From Chrysomallon squamiferum (Eukaryota > Animalia > Mollusca), in assembly GCA_012295275.1 (NCBI GenBank), contig CM022676.1, forward strand, positions 14,632,001 through 14,696,000: a stretch of 64,000 nt of DNA, read 5' to 3'. Every line of letters starts with the position of its first letter. The first letter of the stretch is position 1. Both the position numbers and the translations under genes were made by a program. Positions 1 through 13,265 of this stretch are shown one piece after another. Under the pieces are notes generated by a model, which was given only the letters and a program-made list of their open reading frames with translations, did no database searches and was not told the origin of the DNA.

Positions 1-2448
1 GTTTTTTGGGGGAGGAATTACTCATTATTTTATTATTATTCCCCAGTTGAAATGATTATTTGCATAATTTAAATTTTAATGTCAGGTATTTCAAATGTTT
101 ATTTTTGGTACTAAATGTAGATAATGTGTGGTTTTATTTTTCTTACTGACAAGTTATTAATAACTTTACTGTGATAATCAAGACCAAGGTTTCAATAAGT
201 AAACTAAACATTTTCAGTTTATTTATTTGAAATATTCTGGTTGCCATATATTATTTAATATTAAATTGTGAAAGATTTTGTTTTTAGTTATTTTATTTAT
301 TATTATTTTGTTTCATTTGAACTTAGTTGTATATATATATATATATACATTTTAAATTGTTACACTGTTTTTGCAGAAACAATATATGAATATAGAATAT
401 AATAATTGAATACTTAAGATTTTTTTCATAGAAAATTTGAATATTTTATGAAATGATTTGTTCTGTTTTTAACATGTAGATGTAATTACCATCTCAGACT
501 GGTCATGACAAATTTTACTTTTTACATTTTAAAACAAACCAGAGAAAAGTAAAAATCTTGCACATATAAAATAACAAATTAATTTTAAGACTGTCATTTA
601 TTTTAAAGAAAATTGAAATCAGACCTGTGTCTAATAAATAAGAAGGTTTTATCACTAAATAGAAACCTTACAAATACAAGAAAGTTTTATTATTAAACTA
701 GTCATATAAATTAAAAATATAATAAAGTGTTATAACAAAAATTAATCTTTTAACTCACCTTCTTGTAAACTCCACTGGTTTGCTGCTAACATTATCCAGC
801 ACAAACAAACTTTGTCTGTTTTATCCTAATTTGTTTCAGAAATCACATATCAGGTGTGTCAGTTACAATAGCAATGTCACTGATGCTGCTGGTTGCTGTA
901 CAAGTGGCTGAGACTGAATGACACTGGCTGCTTGCAATGCAGTTGTTGTCTGATCAGGACACTGTATCACATTAACTGCCGATGTCACCGATGCAGCCTG
1001 CTGCTGCTATACAACTGTCTGCATCTGTGTGAATAAAAAATAAAAGTTGTAAAAAATAAAAATCACAAAAGAGTATGTTCATAAAGATTCCACTGATGAC
1101 ATTTTTTTAACAGAAAATTACATATAAAATGAAAACAATTTCAAATGTTTTATCTCAGCTATATACTGCATTTCATATTTATTAGTTCACTTACCATCTC
1201 CTTGATTAACACCTGTCATCTGAGTGTTTCTGTCACATTCCATAAACTCCACTAGCCTTTATTTCTTCTTCTCAGAAAACAATCAACACTAGAGTGTGAT
1301 AAAGTAGTGTTCTGCTAATAGTGTTAAAATATTTTTCAAGAAAAAACAAAGTATTTACTTATAAGCTCAAGTTTATAATAGTTTAGAGACATCAACAAAG
1401 ATATCTCAATCAAATTATAATTCTCTAAGTTAAGATTTCCATAGCTTCATTAACATTTTAAGACCAAAGTAAGTCACAATTGACACATACTAATAAACAC
1501 ACATACACATATCAAGAAAAGAAAACATATAAATGAAACAAATAACACTTATTATGAAACTAATAGATAAAAGTTATTTTTTTTTGTTTTACGTCGAACC
1601 AAAGAAAAGTAAATAAATTGTATTATTCTACATACAATTAATTTATTTAAGAATGACAAATAATAATAATAATAATAATAATGAACTAACAGAAGTAAAA
1701 CTGATTTCTTTAGTCCTGTTAAAACAACATTATACCAAAGTCCGTCCAAAACATATAAACTCTTCTTGTTCATTTGTTTATTTATATAAAAAATACATGT
1801 GAGAAAGTTTTCTTCATTATATATAATTATCAATCTGGATTATTTAAAAATTAATTAATTTTAAACTTTAAATTCTGAATATACCCAATTTATGACGAGT
1901 AATACTTGAACACCGCCAAAAATGTATACAAAATGTTTTTAGATTTTAACGTTAACCATGTTTCATGAATTACTGGAGAAAACATGTCTCCCGAACTGAA
2001 CCCGGAAGCATGACTGCATTATACAAAACAAACTTTATCAGCAAGTAATTAATGTACAGCGGTCAGCCTTTAGTTAGTGGTTGTGTAAAACGAACATATT
2101 TAACTACAAGGAATTTTGATCATTGCTAAAATATAACAGTTATTACCGTTAAGTCGTGCAGAGAAAAATCAAACATCGATTTCCGAGGTCGGGGTTATGC
2201 GTTAATTTCCCCCGTATTAGAGAGAGCACCACACTCGAGAACTGTGTCAATTAGACATTCTGAATCAAGTTTTCTGTACTTTACTAAACTTCTGTTGATT
2301 CATTACTACAATAGACTATTGTGAAAGATAATGTGAAGATAAATATAGTAACCAGTGTCCTACGTACTTCGAGTTAAGCAATCCTATGTCTTTGTTGTAT
2401 CGAAATAAAGGCAACACTTAAACATAAGAAGTATTCAACAATAGTCAC

Positions 2449-2516
<68 letters not shown>

Positions 2517-2557
2517 TTTGATTAAATAAACTCAAAAATATAACATAAAATAACACA

Positions 2558-3456
2558 ATTTTTCGGCTTCCACAGTCTGTAGATACTCAAATTGCTTTCC
2601 AAACATTGTCATTTCCTCTTCTGCTGGAAGACTGGCAGTTTGCTTTATCTTTTCACTGTTTGCATTGCCAGCACATATGTGTTTTGGGAAAATAAAAGGA
2701 ACATGTATTTTATACAGACTGATAAATGATGACCTAAACAGGATCAAAAATCAGTTTCAGTGACATAAAACTGACAAGTAACCCTAAAGAATACAGTTAG
2801 CTTTTTCTTAAAACTAAATATGAAAACAAAAGTTAAAATAACAAACGAATGCATCCTATAATATAAAATCAATGAATGTAAGAAATAAAACTATATCATT
2901 AAAATTATATTTACTCCTTTATAAATGTTTCAGAAGAGATTCTGGTAAATATCAGTTAATCTGTTACAAAAAGTACACATTATTCAAATGAATTCTTACA
3001 CAGTGTAATGGCAGTCTGTTAAACCCTCCAAAGTGTAGTGTTAGTCTCACATGCAGACAGTATTTTCAAATCACTCCCTTTGAATTCTGGGACTCACACA
3101 AGCAAAATTTGTCATAGGCTTGAGGAAAATGCTGCAAAAACTGAACTATCCTTTCTCTGTCTTCACATGTAAAACTGTGTGAATTACATTTTCTTCTGCC
3201 TGATTTTTTTTATATCTCTCTAAGTTACTAAATGCTTCAATAACGCAATGAGTTTATAAAGTATAAGCAGACACACATACACATTCAAATGTAATGTTTA
3301 ATACCTTAGTCCTTTTCAAAAATAAAGGAGAAATTACAAATTAACTGCTGCTTATATACAAAATACACTAATGATTAGAAAAAGAAATACAAGTTATCTC
3401 TGCTTTGTTCATTGCAGTGCTTTGTAGAACTCCCAGAATAACCATATCCTTTTCAG
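2558..3456 (-). mobile_element. Decayed DNA-transposase-like gene, copy 1 (3' part deleted)
   Basis: Duplicate of 24860-25799. ORF 2532..2747 is part of it. The segment matching about 24500-24860 is absent in this copy. Confidence 0.5.
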
Positions 3457-4918
3457 CTGCAAAACAAAGAAAATCTATATTCTTATAATACTGCAACACT
3501 GGTAAATTATTTCCAATGACTGTCCTAATTCAGATGATAAATAATAATAATAATAATAATAATACAAAAAAAAAAAAAAAAATACGAGCAATCCTTTTAT
3601 GTGAAATATAATTATGTATTATTAAGAAATCTATTTTCTAATATAGATTGATATATTAATGCTGTTTATATATTTCAGTCAAAGCATGTCACTAATTGCA
3701 TCTTGTGATAACTCTTAATATTTTGTAACATTAGCTGTTACATGTTCTTCATAATGCTGTGATCATACAATTTTAAATTTATAATTTTAATATTTATTTT
3801 TAACTGTAGCATGTTTTTTAAATATAACTATCTTATACTGTTGTTCAGCTGATTTTATTCCCTTGTTTAATAATTAATATTTATATATTGTTAAATGTTA
3901 AAATAACACAGTTCTTTCTATCTTCAGTGTTTCAGAAACTGATTATTTGTTGCTGAAAGTGGAAATCTTCCTTCAACATCTTAATTTTTGTTTGCTACTG
4001 GTGATGTGATGTCACCTCTATTTAAACTGGAAAATCATTCAGAGGTAGATATATTTCTTTTTTATATTGATAATTATTTTTAATTTATGAAAATGACACT
4101 CCTACATTATCATACATATGTATATGGTTTATTTATTAATTATTTTAAATGTTGTTTTAAAATTAAGCTTCAAAGACTGATCAGGTAGAATTTTATTTTT
4201 ATCTTTTGGCATTCTTCTTTTTATTAGAAGAGAAACAACTGAGGTTTGTCTGAAAAAAAACCCAGAGCTTAAAGCATGTTCCTCTGGTTAAAAGTTTTAC
4301 AATATTTGTAAGAAATTAAATATATTTATGCATTAATTAATTATTCTAATATATATTGAAAACATGGTGAAAGTAATGAAAAATAAATAGATAAAATGGT
4401 GAAAACCCTTTATTCCACTCCTGTTTTATTATGACTGTTATTTTTTAGTTTAGTTCTTAGTATTATTTACTGATTTATTTTTATTGTTATGATTATCATT
4501 ATTATTTTAATTTTATTATTGTTATTATCAATGATAAACATTCAGCATCTCTTGGGCCATGTTTTGTATTCCCAAATAATTAACTTTTATAAGTTAAGTA
4601 TAAATGTTTTATAAATTTCAGTATACCACATATTTTAGTTATTTCACACAGTTCTCTGGTGTGAGACACTATAAATCTACCTGACTCTGAAGATTTCTGG
4701 TCAAACATCAGCTGACTACTGTCTGAACAAACTGGAGGAAGAATCCCAGCTTTGTTATAAAATGTTCACTTACATCCAGCTACTCACACTTTCAGCAGGT
4801 ACTGGCTTTTTAATATTATTCTTTGTTGTTTCTTATTGGAAACAATAAAATAGAATGAATGAAATCAAATGAAAGAATCCTACCTGCTTTAAATATTTAA
4901 GTTAATTCATACCTAACC

Positions 4919-6563
4919 TTTATCCCAGGAGATCCATCTGGACCTAAAAGCAAAAATATATATTTGTTTTAGTTTTGAAAATGTCATGTTGATCCAGGAA
5001 CACTTTGTGTTCCAGATAGAACATCATTTCCAGGTGAAAGAGGTAACCATGGAGATCCAGGTGTTAATGGATTACCTGGTCTTAAAGGTGCCCAAGGGAA
5101 ATCTGGTTTCCCTCAGCAACAAGATATATCATATTATATGAAATAAACAAATAACCAGAACTGACAGAAATTATAGATAGTTATCAGTTTTCTAATGATA
5201 CTACTAATACTATTAGTTTCCAGCATTTACCAAACTGTAACATGTTTTATATCCAAAGATAGCATTGTCCTTGAAAATGTTAAATGAAATTTATATATAT
5301 TTTTTCATTTAGAAATGTATATTTTATTGTTTCATGGTTTTAAACAGGAGAACCAGATATGCGTTAAACAGCTATGCCTTTTTATGTTTTATTATTTATA
5401 TTTTTTAAAGGTAATCTTCAGACAAACACTACAAACATTTTATAGTCAAAGAAAAACAGGAATGTTATATTGTAAGCACTGAAAATAAAAGTTTTTGATG
5501 ATTTAACTATGAGATTTCATTATTTCTGTAGCCCAAGAAGTGACACTGGAACTTCATTAATAGATAAAAATCTACTTAACACCATTTTTATTTATACATT
5601 TTTGGGTTATAAATCATATTTCATGACTAGTTTTAAGAAAAACTATAAAAGAAACCCATAGAAAAGCTGACAATTACCAAATAAAAGTCTGGTCTAACAG
5701 AAAGCCTTACTTTAAAATTGTTTAATATAGACAAACAACATGTCTTGTACAATTAACTGACTAATACAAATAAAAATACTCAGTTAATTAATATCTGAAT
5801 AATAAAATTGTGTTTCTCTCTGGTACATGTTGTGATAGTTTATCAGGTAGAAAAGGTGAAGCTGGTTACACCAGAGAACTTGCTATCCATGGAGATCCTG
5901 TGGCACTTGGTGTTCAAGGCCTTCATAGTAATGATGGTGTTCCTAGTCTATGAGATTTCCTGATGTTTCTGCTAATCCAGATTCTGGTTTCTTGTTTCAC
6001 TAAGTGTGTAGATTAGAAAACTGGAGGAGCATACAAGATGTAGGTTGACTACTCACATTTTTATGTCATGGACAACTCCAGAGCACATGTACAGGATTTG
6101 TGTAGTTGACTGAATGTTATATTTTTTCTTTCTATTGAGCTGTCTTGTTATTGAACTTATGACTTAGTTTCATGTTCTAATATCAAAACTGAAGAGAAGA
6201 TTAAATTAATAAATACAAATATTTAAAATGTATTTTTCTTTAAACTGTTTTAAACATTTTAGCTTTTCTCAGGATAAAAATTTACTGAATGAGAAGATTG
6301 TTAAAGTTTTACAAACTAACAGAAAAACTGTTCTAACAGTAACAAAATAAACATTACACTGCAGGTAGTGCTGTCAACTGTTTGAGAAGATTTACAACCA
6401 TGTTTTTATGTTCTGCAACATCAACAATGTGTGCAGCACAACATCACAGAATGATTACAGTTACTGGCTATCGACGCTGCAGCCGATGTTGATGAAGATG
6501 ATGAACTGAGTGAGAGGTGAACAGATCAGGCAGACATCAGCAGTTTGTGAATCTCCAGACCCT
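4919..6563 (+). pseudogene. COL4A1: Collagen type IV alpha1-like pseudogene fragment, copy 1 (Gly-X-Y exons plus first NC1 exons)
   Basis: 5030-5113 reads PGERGNHGDPGVNGLPGLKGAQGKSGFP. About 5840-6101 reads GRKGEAG...YSHFYVMDNSRAHVQDL. 6365-6563 reads [35 protein letters not shown]...AVCESP with CAG/GTAAGT boundaries. This matches the NC1 (C4) consensus RAHGQDLG..SCLR.F.TMPF.FCN.NNVC...[10 protein letters not shown]. Stops and frameshifts are present. Confidence 0.85.
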
Positions 6564-8039
6564 GTAAGTCCTGCCCTGTAATCATTTTCATAACATTAAT
6601 ATTCATTACTTTATCATGAATATTCATATTTGTATTTGATTTCCATTGTTCGAGGTAAGTAACTGTGAATACTAAATGATATTTAAAACTGACACATGTA
6701 GAATGAGAATGTTAACATTTAGCAGTATTCAGTATACATAATCAGTTTTTGTTTGTGAATACAATGTTTAATGGGAAGGATTTTGTTTTTACATGAGTTA
6801 TATTTGACTGTTTTTCCACCTTGATTAAACTAATTACTGATTATTGAAAGATATAATAATTTTAAAAATACAATTTTCAGTATATGGCTAATTTAAAAAA
6901 GAAATCTGCCTCTGCTGTCTGAAATAAAAACTGATGCATTGTGGGTGTTTAATATATATATATATATAACTATATTGAGGTCAAAATGTAATGTCAGTTT
7001 TATCAGCAAGGTAATATACTGTTATATTGGTTTAATTATCAAAATCAAATAAAAATCAAATAAATAATTTCTTTATGAATAATTATTTAAGATGAATTTA
7101 TAATAGTAATTCTAATCATTATTTTTATCTCAGACTGTTTACATTATTAAATAATATTATACGACTAATGAATCATGCTAAAGATTAGAAGTTTAAATCT
7201 TTATAACAGTTTTAAATTAATGATTCTTTATTTTATTTGATCAGTGTCCATACATTTTACCTGAAATTGTATCAAGATAAAACATTTAATTAAATTATTT
7301 TTTATTTAGAAATGATGAAATATAAACATATCTAAAAAATAAAATAAAATAATGATAAATGTAAAAATATATTTTTAAATACTTTGGAAACACTGATCTC
7401 TGTACAGTTTGTCAGCTTGCCATCAAATGATTTTACATCAAGAACAAAATAACTGCAATATTTACTATTCCAGGATTCTCAATATCCACTCACATTTCAA
7501 CATTTTACTATTTGTAAACAAATATAGCTATATACTAATGTTTTTATTTATTTTTAAATAATATTTACTATTTTAGAATTCTCAATGTGCAAATATACTT
7601 CATCATGCCTTTAGTCTAAAATATTTCATATTGGTGTTGTTGTTGTGTGATGTTGGTGCCGATGTCATCACTCCTATCTTTGTCACCAAATGGTACCAGG
7701 TAACGTAATTATAAAAATGTTACCATTTAAAATAGTTTGAACATTTAAATAAAGACTATTTTATTACTATTTTGTGTCATTGTAAAATGTTCTGAAAAGA
7801 AATTTGCCTATATATTGCTGTGTATGATTTATTAAGTACAAAGTATAAACAGTTAATAACACTGTATTATTACACTTCATTATTGACATGTTAAGTTGTT
7901 ATGTATAGAGTTATAATTAGTTCAAAAAAAGGATATTGTTAATTTTTAAATACAAAGTTATAAGTAGTCATGGTACTGGCAAATGTTTTGTTATAACTTT
8001 ATTAACATGTTTGTTTAGAAGTGGTTATGTTAATAAAGT

Positions 8040-10578
8040 TTTAGATGATAATCAAGGACTTGCTCATGTAAAGATGTTTAAATAATTTGCTATTCCTGGT
8101 TTTACAGGGATCTTTGTGTTTGTTGAGATTCTCAACATAAAGACTGCAGATGAAATAATGTAGAACATTTTAGAAAGTCACCCAGATTTCAGTCTCAGAG
8201 GCAGGTGAGCCTGTCATTACACAGTGAACTGAGACAAAAACAAAACTGTAAACTATGAATTAATCTAACCACTGTTTAACTTGTTAGTCAACTTGGTTAT
8301 CAAGTCTTTTAGGTTCATGCTGTCTTTTAGGTACAGCTATTTGGTTGAAACCAGGAAGTAGAGTGTGTGTTTTATCATCAGTGGTAGAGGAAGAAGAGCC
8401 TCAGTCAAAAAACAACCTGGAGGTAAAATTTAGAAAGACAGAAAAAGCAGAAGAGGTTTACTTAGAGTATGTTACAGTTTGTACACAGAGCTCAACAAGT
8501 CACAGTGATAGATTTCAAGTTGACATCTCAAACTGTGATTGTTCTGATGAGCAGAAGAAAAAGTTAGAGAAAATACTTAACAAATACTCGGATGTTACAG
8601 AGAATACTTAGCAAATACTCGGATGTTACAGAGAAAACTTAGCAAATACTCTGTTACAGAGAATACTTAAATATTCTGATGTTACAGAGAACACTTAGCA
8701 AATACCCTGATGTTACAGAGAATACTTAGCAAATACTCGGATGTTACAGAGAATACTTAACAAATACTCTGATGTTACAGAGAATACTTAAATATTCTGA
8801 TGTTACAGAGAACACTTAGCAAATACTCTGATGTTACAGAGAAAACTTAACAAATACTCTGTTGCAGAGAATACTTAAATATTCTGATGTTACAGAGAAA
8901 ACTTAGCAAATACTCTGATGTTACAGAGAATACTTAACAAATACTCTGATGTTACAGAGAATACTTAACAAATACTCTGATGTTAAAGAGAACACCTAAA
9001 AATGCTCTGATGTTAAAGAGAACACTTAGCAAATACTCTGATGTTACAGAGAACACTTAACAAATACTCTGATGTTAGAAATAACACTTAGCAAATACTC
9101 TGATGTTACAGAGAATACTTAACAAATATTCTGATGTTACAGAGAATACTTAACAAATACTCTGAAATTAAAGAGAATAGTTAGAAAATACTCTGATGTT
9201 ACAGATAACACTTTACACATAATCTGTTGTATTTTCTAAAGATGACCTTCATTTGGGGTTGACTGACACAATAAAACATCACATACACACAACTGATAAC
9301 ATACCAGTGTCTCAACTGTACAGAAGAATTCCACACAGTCAGTATCAGGAAGTCAAGGAGTTCATCAAGAAACTTATAAAGCAAGATGTAATTTGACCCT
9401 GTCATGGCTCATATTCATCTCCTACTGTTATAGTGAGAAAAAACAGACAACACAATTCATCTGTTTGTAGACTACAGGTGGCTGAATACTCAAACTAGGA
9501 AAGACTGCTTTCCACTACTACAATAGATGAGTCATAAGATGGTTTGCACGGAGGAAAATGGTTTACTACGCTGGATATGGCTAGTGGACATAACCAGGTT
9601 GCAGTTGAAGATAAAGACAAAACTGCATTCATTACTCCAACTGGTTTGTTTGAATACAACTGTATGCCTTTTGGTTTATCTTGAACACCAGAAATATTTC
9701 AAAGCCATGCAATTTTGCTTCAGGGAGCAGATATTTCAGCTGTTACTAGTCTTCTTGGATGATACTGTAGTTTTTTTGATGTGCACATAGGGTATTTAAA
9801 ATCTTAAGACAACATGGGCTCAAACTAAAACCAAGCAAACGCTGTTTCCTTAAGAAAGAACTGAAATATCTAGGACATGTGATATCTAGATATGGGGTAG
9901 CTACAGATCCAACAAAATAAAGTTCCAAAGACACCAAAGGACCTGATGCAATGATTAGCAGTTTGCCAGTTACTACAGATGATATGTTAAAGGAATCTCA
10001 AATACTGCTGGACCTTTGCATTCTTCGGTAAACAGATTCTGAGATATGTGAAAGTGTGCTTGGGATGAGAATTTTCAAACACTTTTCAACATTTTAAAGG
10101 AGAAGTTAACTTCAGCTCCAATATTAGTGTAGGCTGATTTCAGTGAACCTTTTATTGTGGAAACAGGTGCAGTACTGTCACAGGAACAGACTTGGCAAAG
10201 GAAAGTAGTTACACATGCTAAGCAGAGCTTAAGACCCTAACAGAGATACATTAATAATTACAGTTCCATGAAGTTAGCACCTGTTGCTCTGAAATAACCT
10301 GTGACTGAAAACTTTAAAGATTATCTTCTCAAACATAAATTTACTATAGATACAGACAACAATCCACTAAGTCATCTTGGTTCCATGAATGCTGGTGAAG
10401 TGGAAGAATGATGTGAGTCTCAGCTGCAAGCATTTGATCTTGATGTGAAATATCATTCAGCGCAGCACAATAACAAAGCCGATGGTCTCTCCAGGAAAAA
10501 ATGTCATGGAATGGCATCTGCTTCTGTGGAAGCTGCTTTTAGAGGTACTGAGGTTCCACAAACAATCAGACAAGTAGT
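8040..10578 (+). mobile_element. Decayed Ty3/Gypsy LTR-retrotransposon pol fragment (RT and RNase H), no integrase or LTRs seen
   Basis: Across frames with stops and frameshifts: VDYRWLNTQTRK, KWFTTLDMASGHNQVAV, KTAFITPTGLFEYNCMPFGL, LLVFLDD (YLDD-type), LKYLGHVIS, LTSAPIL, DFSEPFIVET, NYSSMKL, FTIDTDNNPLSHL, KYHSAQHNNKADGLSR. The 5' boundary is approximate. Confidence 0.88.
8563..9230 (+). repeat. 31-bp minisatellite, about 20 units (GATGTTACAGAGAATACTTAACAAATACTCT)
   Basis: Head-to-tail units without spacers (e.g. 8591-8621, then from 8622), with some 28-29-bp variant units. Confidence 0.95.
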
Positions 10579-10722
10579 ATTCTTTTATTATTATTATTAT
10601 TTGAATTTTATTTCAAATATATTAAAATGCGTTGCGCGATTCAATCAAATTTATCAATGTACCCTTATTAAATAACCGAATTTATTTTGATGTTCATTTG
10701 TTTACTTATTTATCTTTTCTAT

Positions 10723-10799
<77 letters not shown>

Positions 10800-10907
10800 A
10801 TATATATATGTATGTATGTATATATATATATATGCATCTAATTAAGTTGACTCTGTACTAAAAAATTAGAAAAAAACAAGAACAAATCATTTGAGCCAAA
10901 GAATAAG

Positions 10908-10960
<53 letters not shown>

Positions 10961-12645
10961 ACACACACACACACCACCACCACGTCAGTTTTTGCGTACT
11001 TGTTTGCATATACAATATTTGAAAATACATCAATTTAATAATTAAAGACAAATTATTATTAAGGTTATTACGATAGATTTTACTTTTTAATCCTCTGACC
11101 TACTCAAAATATTGTTTTTCTTTAAGGTTGGAGCAGATTTTCGCAATTGAACATCGAAACAATCTTTTTTTTATTTGTTATTCTCAGTCTTTTTTTTTCT
11201 TAATTTGTTTTTACATTTTGACTGAAATTGTAGAGTCTGTGTAGACAGTTTAATTAGGAAGTTATTTTTTCTTAGTAGATCAGTTATTCAGTACTTCCAT
11301 TATTTTTCGCGTTCGTTTACTCAAAGTAATATTTATAACTTTCCTTATCCTGCCACCACTACGACTTCTACTTTTGTTATTATTTTTACTATTACTATTG
11401 TTTATATTATTTATCTTTTGTTTATTTATTTATTTATATGTTAACTTGTTTATTTGTATATTTGTTAATATATATATATATACATTTGCTTGTTGTTCAT
11501 TAATATGCATGTATATATTTTTTTTAATATATTTCTATATTCATTTGTTTACTTTTTTATTTTTTCTATAATTTAAATAGATGAAGCACAGAAAATTTAC
11601 AATAATAAACAATGAAAAATTTGATCACATAAAATTAATATTATAATTATCTGAATTTTATTTCAAATATTTTAAATTACATTAAACCAAATAATTGCTC
11701 TGTAACTAGTGTTATCTTGAGTACCAACTAAGATTAAAGATTTATTTCAGGAAGTGATTTATCTGTGTCAGTCACGCGATCAGCAGATTCTTGGAGACAG
11801 AAACATTTGATATCAATACCAGGTGTGTACTCTTATCAAATCACTGTATTGTTAGAAAATTAATTATATCTGTGACATATTATTGTTAGACATTCGGATT
11901 CTTTTCTCTTGTCATATAACTCCTTTAGACATGAAAATAAACCTTTCTTAAAAATAGTAATATTTAACTGTCTTAATGATTTTATCGCAATGTCCAATAA
12001 TTTTAGATTCTGCAAAAGGGGAAGTGATAGGGCTGCTTGATCATCATAGAGAGAGAGAGAGAGAGAGAGAGAGAAAATTAGAATAAAAGAGAAATAAAGA
12101 GAGAGAGAGAGAGACAGATAGTTCATCACCGACTGAGAGAGAGAGAGAGAGAGATCTTCTTTTAATGATTCAAATCAAGCCAGAGATTTTATTTGTTTTC
12201 GAACGTGTATTAAATAACTGATTTCAGATTCTTTAATGGATATCTAAACATAAAAATGATGTACATAAATAAAACATGGCAGAAATTGGAATAATCAAGA
12301 CAAATTCAAACAATATATACATCTATCAAATATATAGGTATATATATATAGTGTCACCTAAATAACTCATTTCAGATTTTTAATGTTATATTTATGGACA
12401 AAACATGTAATTGAGATGACGTTTGCCATTTGTTATAAACTTTTTCATTGGGTTTTTATTTGCAACAATAGTAGTTCAATACTGAAGGCATCGCTGCACG
12501 TTTTGTCGGATACAGAAATGAATCGTTTGTACTTTTTATTTTTCTGTTTTCATTTCCTCTCAAGACTTTTCAAATAATGCTAGAGGTTCTTAATTATATT
12601 ACTAAACGTATTTTGTACCAATACTGCACCAGTAACAACAACAAC

Positions 12646-12676
<31 letters not shown>

Positions 12677-13219
12677 GAAATAATAATAATAATGTCTGAA
12701 GAAAATATTTAACTTTTTGTCTGTGATAAAGGTAAACACAGATATCATGGATAAATTGCATTTGTATGTATATGTAAGTATAAGCAAGTGTTTACCTATG
12801 TATGAATATACAAAAATATTAGTGTAGCGGCTTTTGGCGTAAGAATGTTTACATGTTCTGCCTGTAAAATGTAACTTGTTATATGGTTGGTGATTCGGTC
12901 TGCCTAATCTGTTAAAAGTCGTTACTTCCCCTTTGAAGCTGGACTAATTATCACCTCCGGATCAATTGGTTTTACGAGCTTTTGTTTGGCAGAATGATCT
13001 GGCGACAGACATCTAGCGGCAAGATTCAAACCGCTTTGACAGATAACTCGAGTTAACTTTTTGAATAAGACAGACAACGTTTTGAATAAAACAACGGAGT
13101 TTTCTTTTCAATTTTATTTTTTTCATATTTGTGTAGGGGAACTGTAGAACGATTCCAGTCGAACGGTCGCTGTCTACAGAACATTCAGTATGTGTTCAGG
13201 CTGGATCTGTATAACTACT

Positions 13220-13265
<46 letters not shown>

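Larger units (their letters stand above)
1..6750 (+). repeat. Segmental duplication block X, copy 1 (direct repeat of about 21843-29620)
   Basis: Colinear high-identity match from position 1 (GTTTTTTGGGGGAGGAATTACTCATT) to 21843 onward. Two segments are absent here (about 24500-24860 and about 25960-26505 of copy 2). Confidence 0.95.

Noticed and set aside
760-1026. Q/A/V-rich exon-like piece reminiscent of a CREB Q-domain (ASVIQSQP)
   Set aside because: Similarity is only compositional and the frame has stops. Kept only as an unidentified fragment.
8563-9230. CRISPR-like appearance of the 31-bp array
   Set aside because: Units are contiguous with no unique spacers, there are no cas genes, the context is eukaryotic, and the unit derives from Gypsy pol.
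13004-13022. CTCF-like motif CCGCTAGATGTC (also about 43190 and 58260)
   Set aside because: An imperfect single match repeated only through duplication, which is not enough support.
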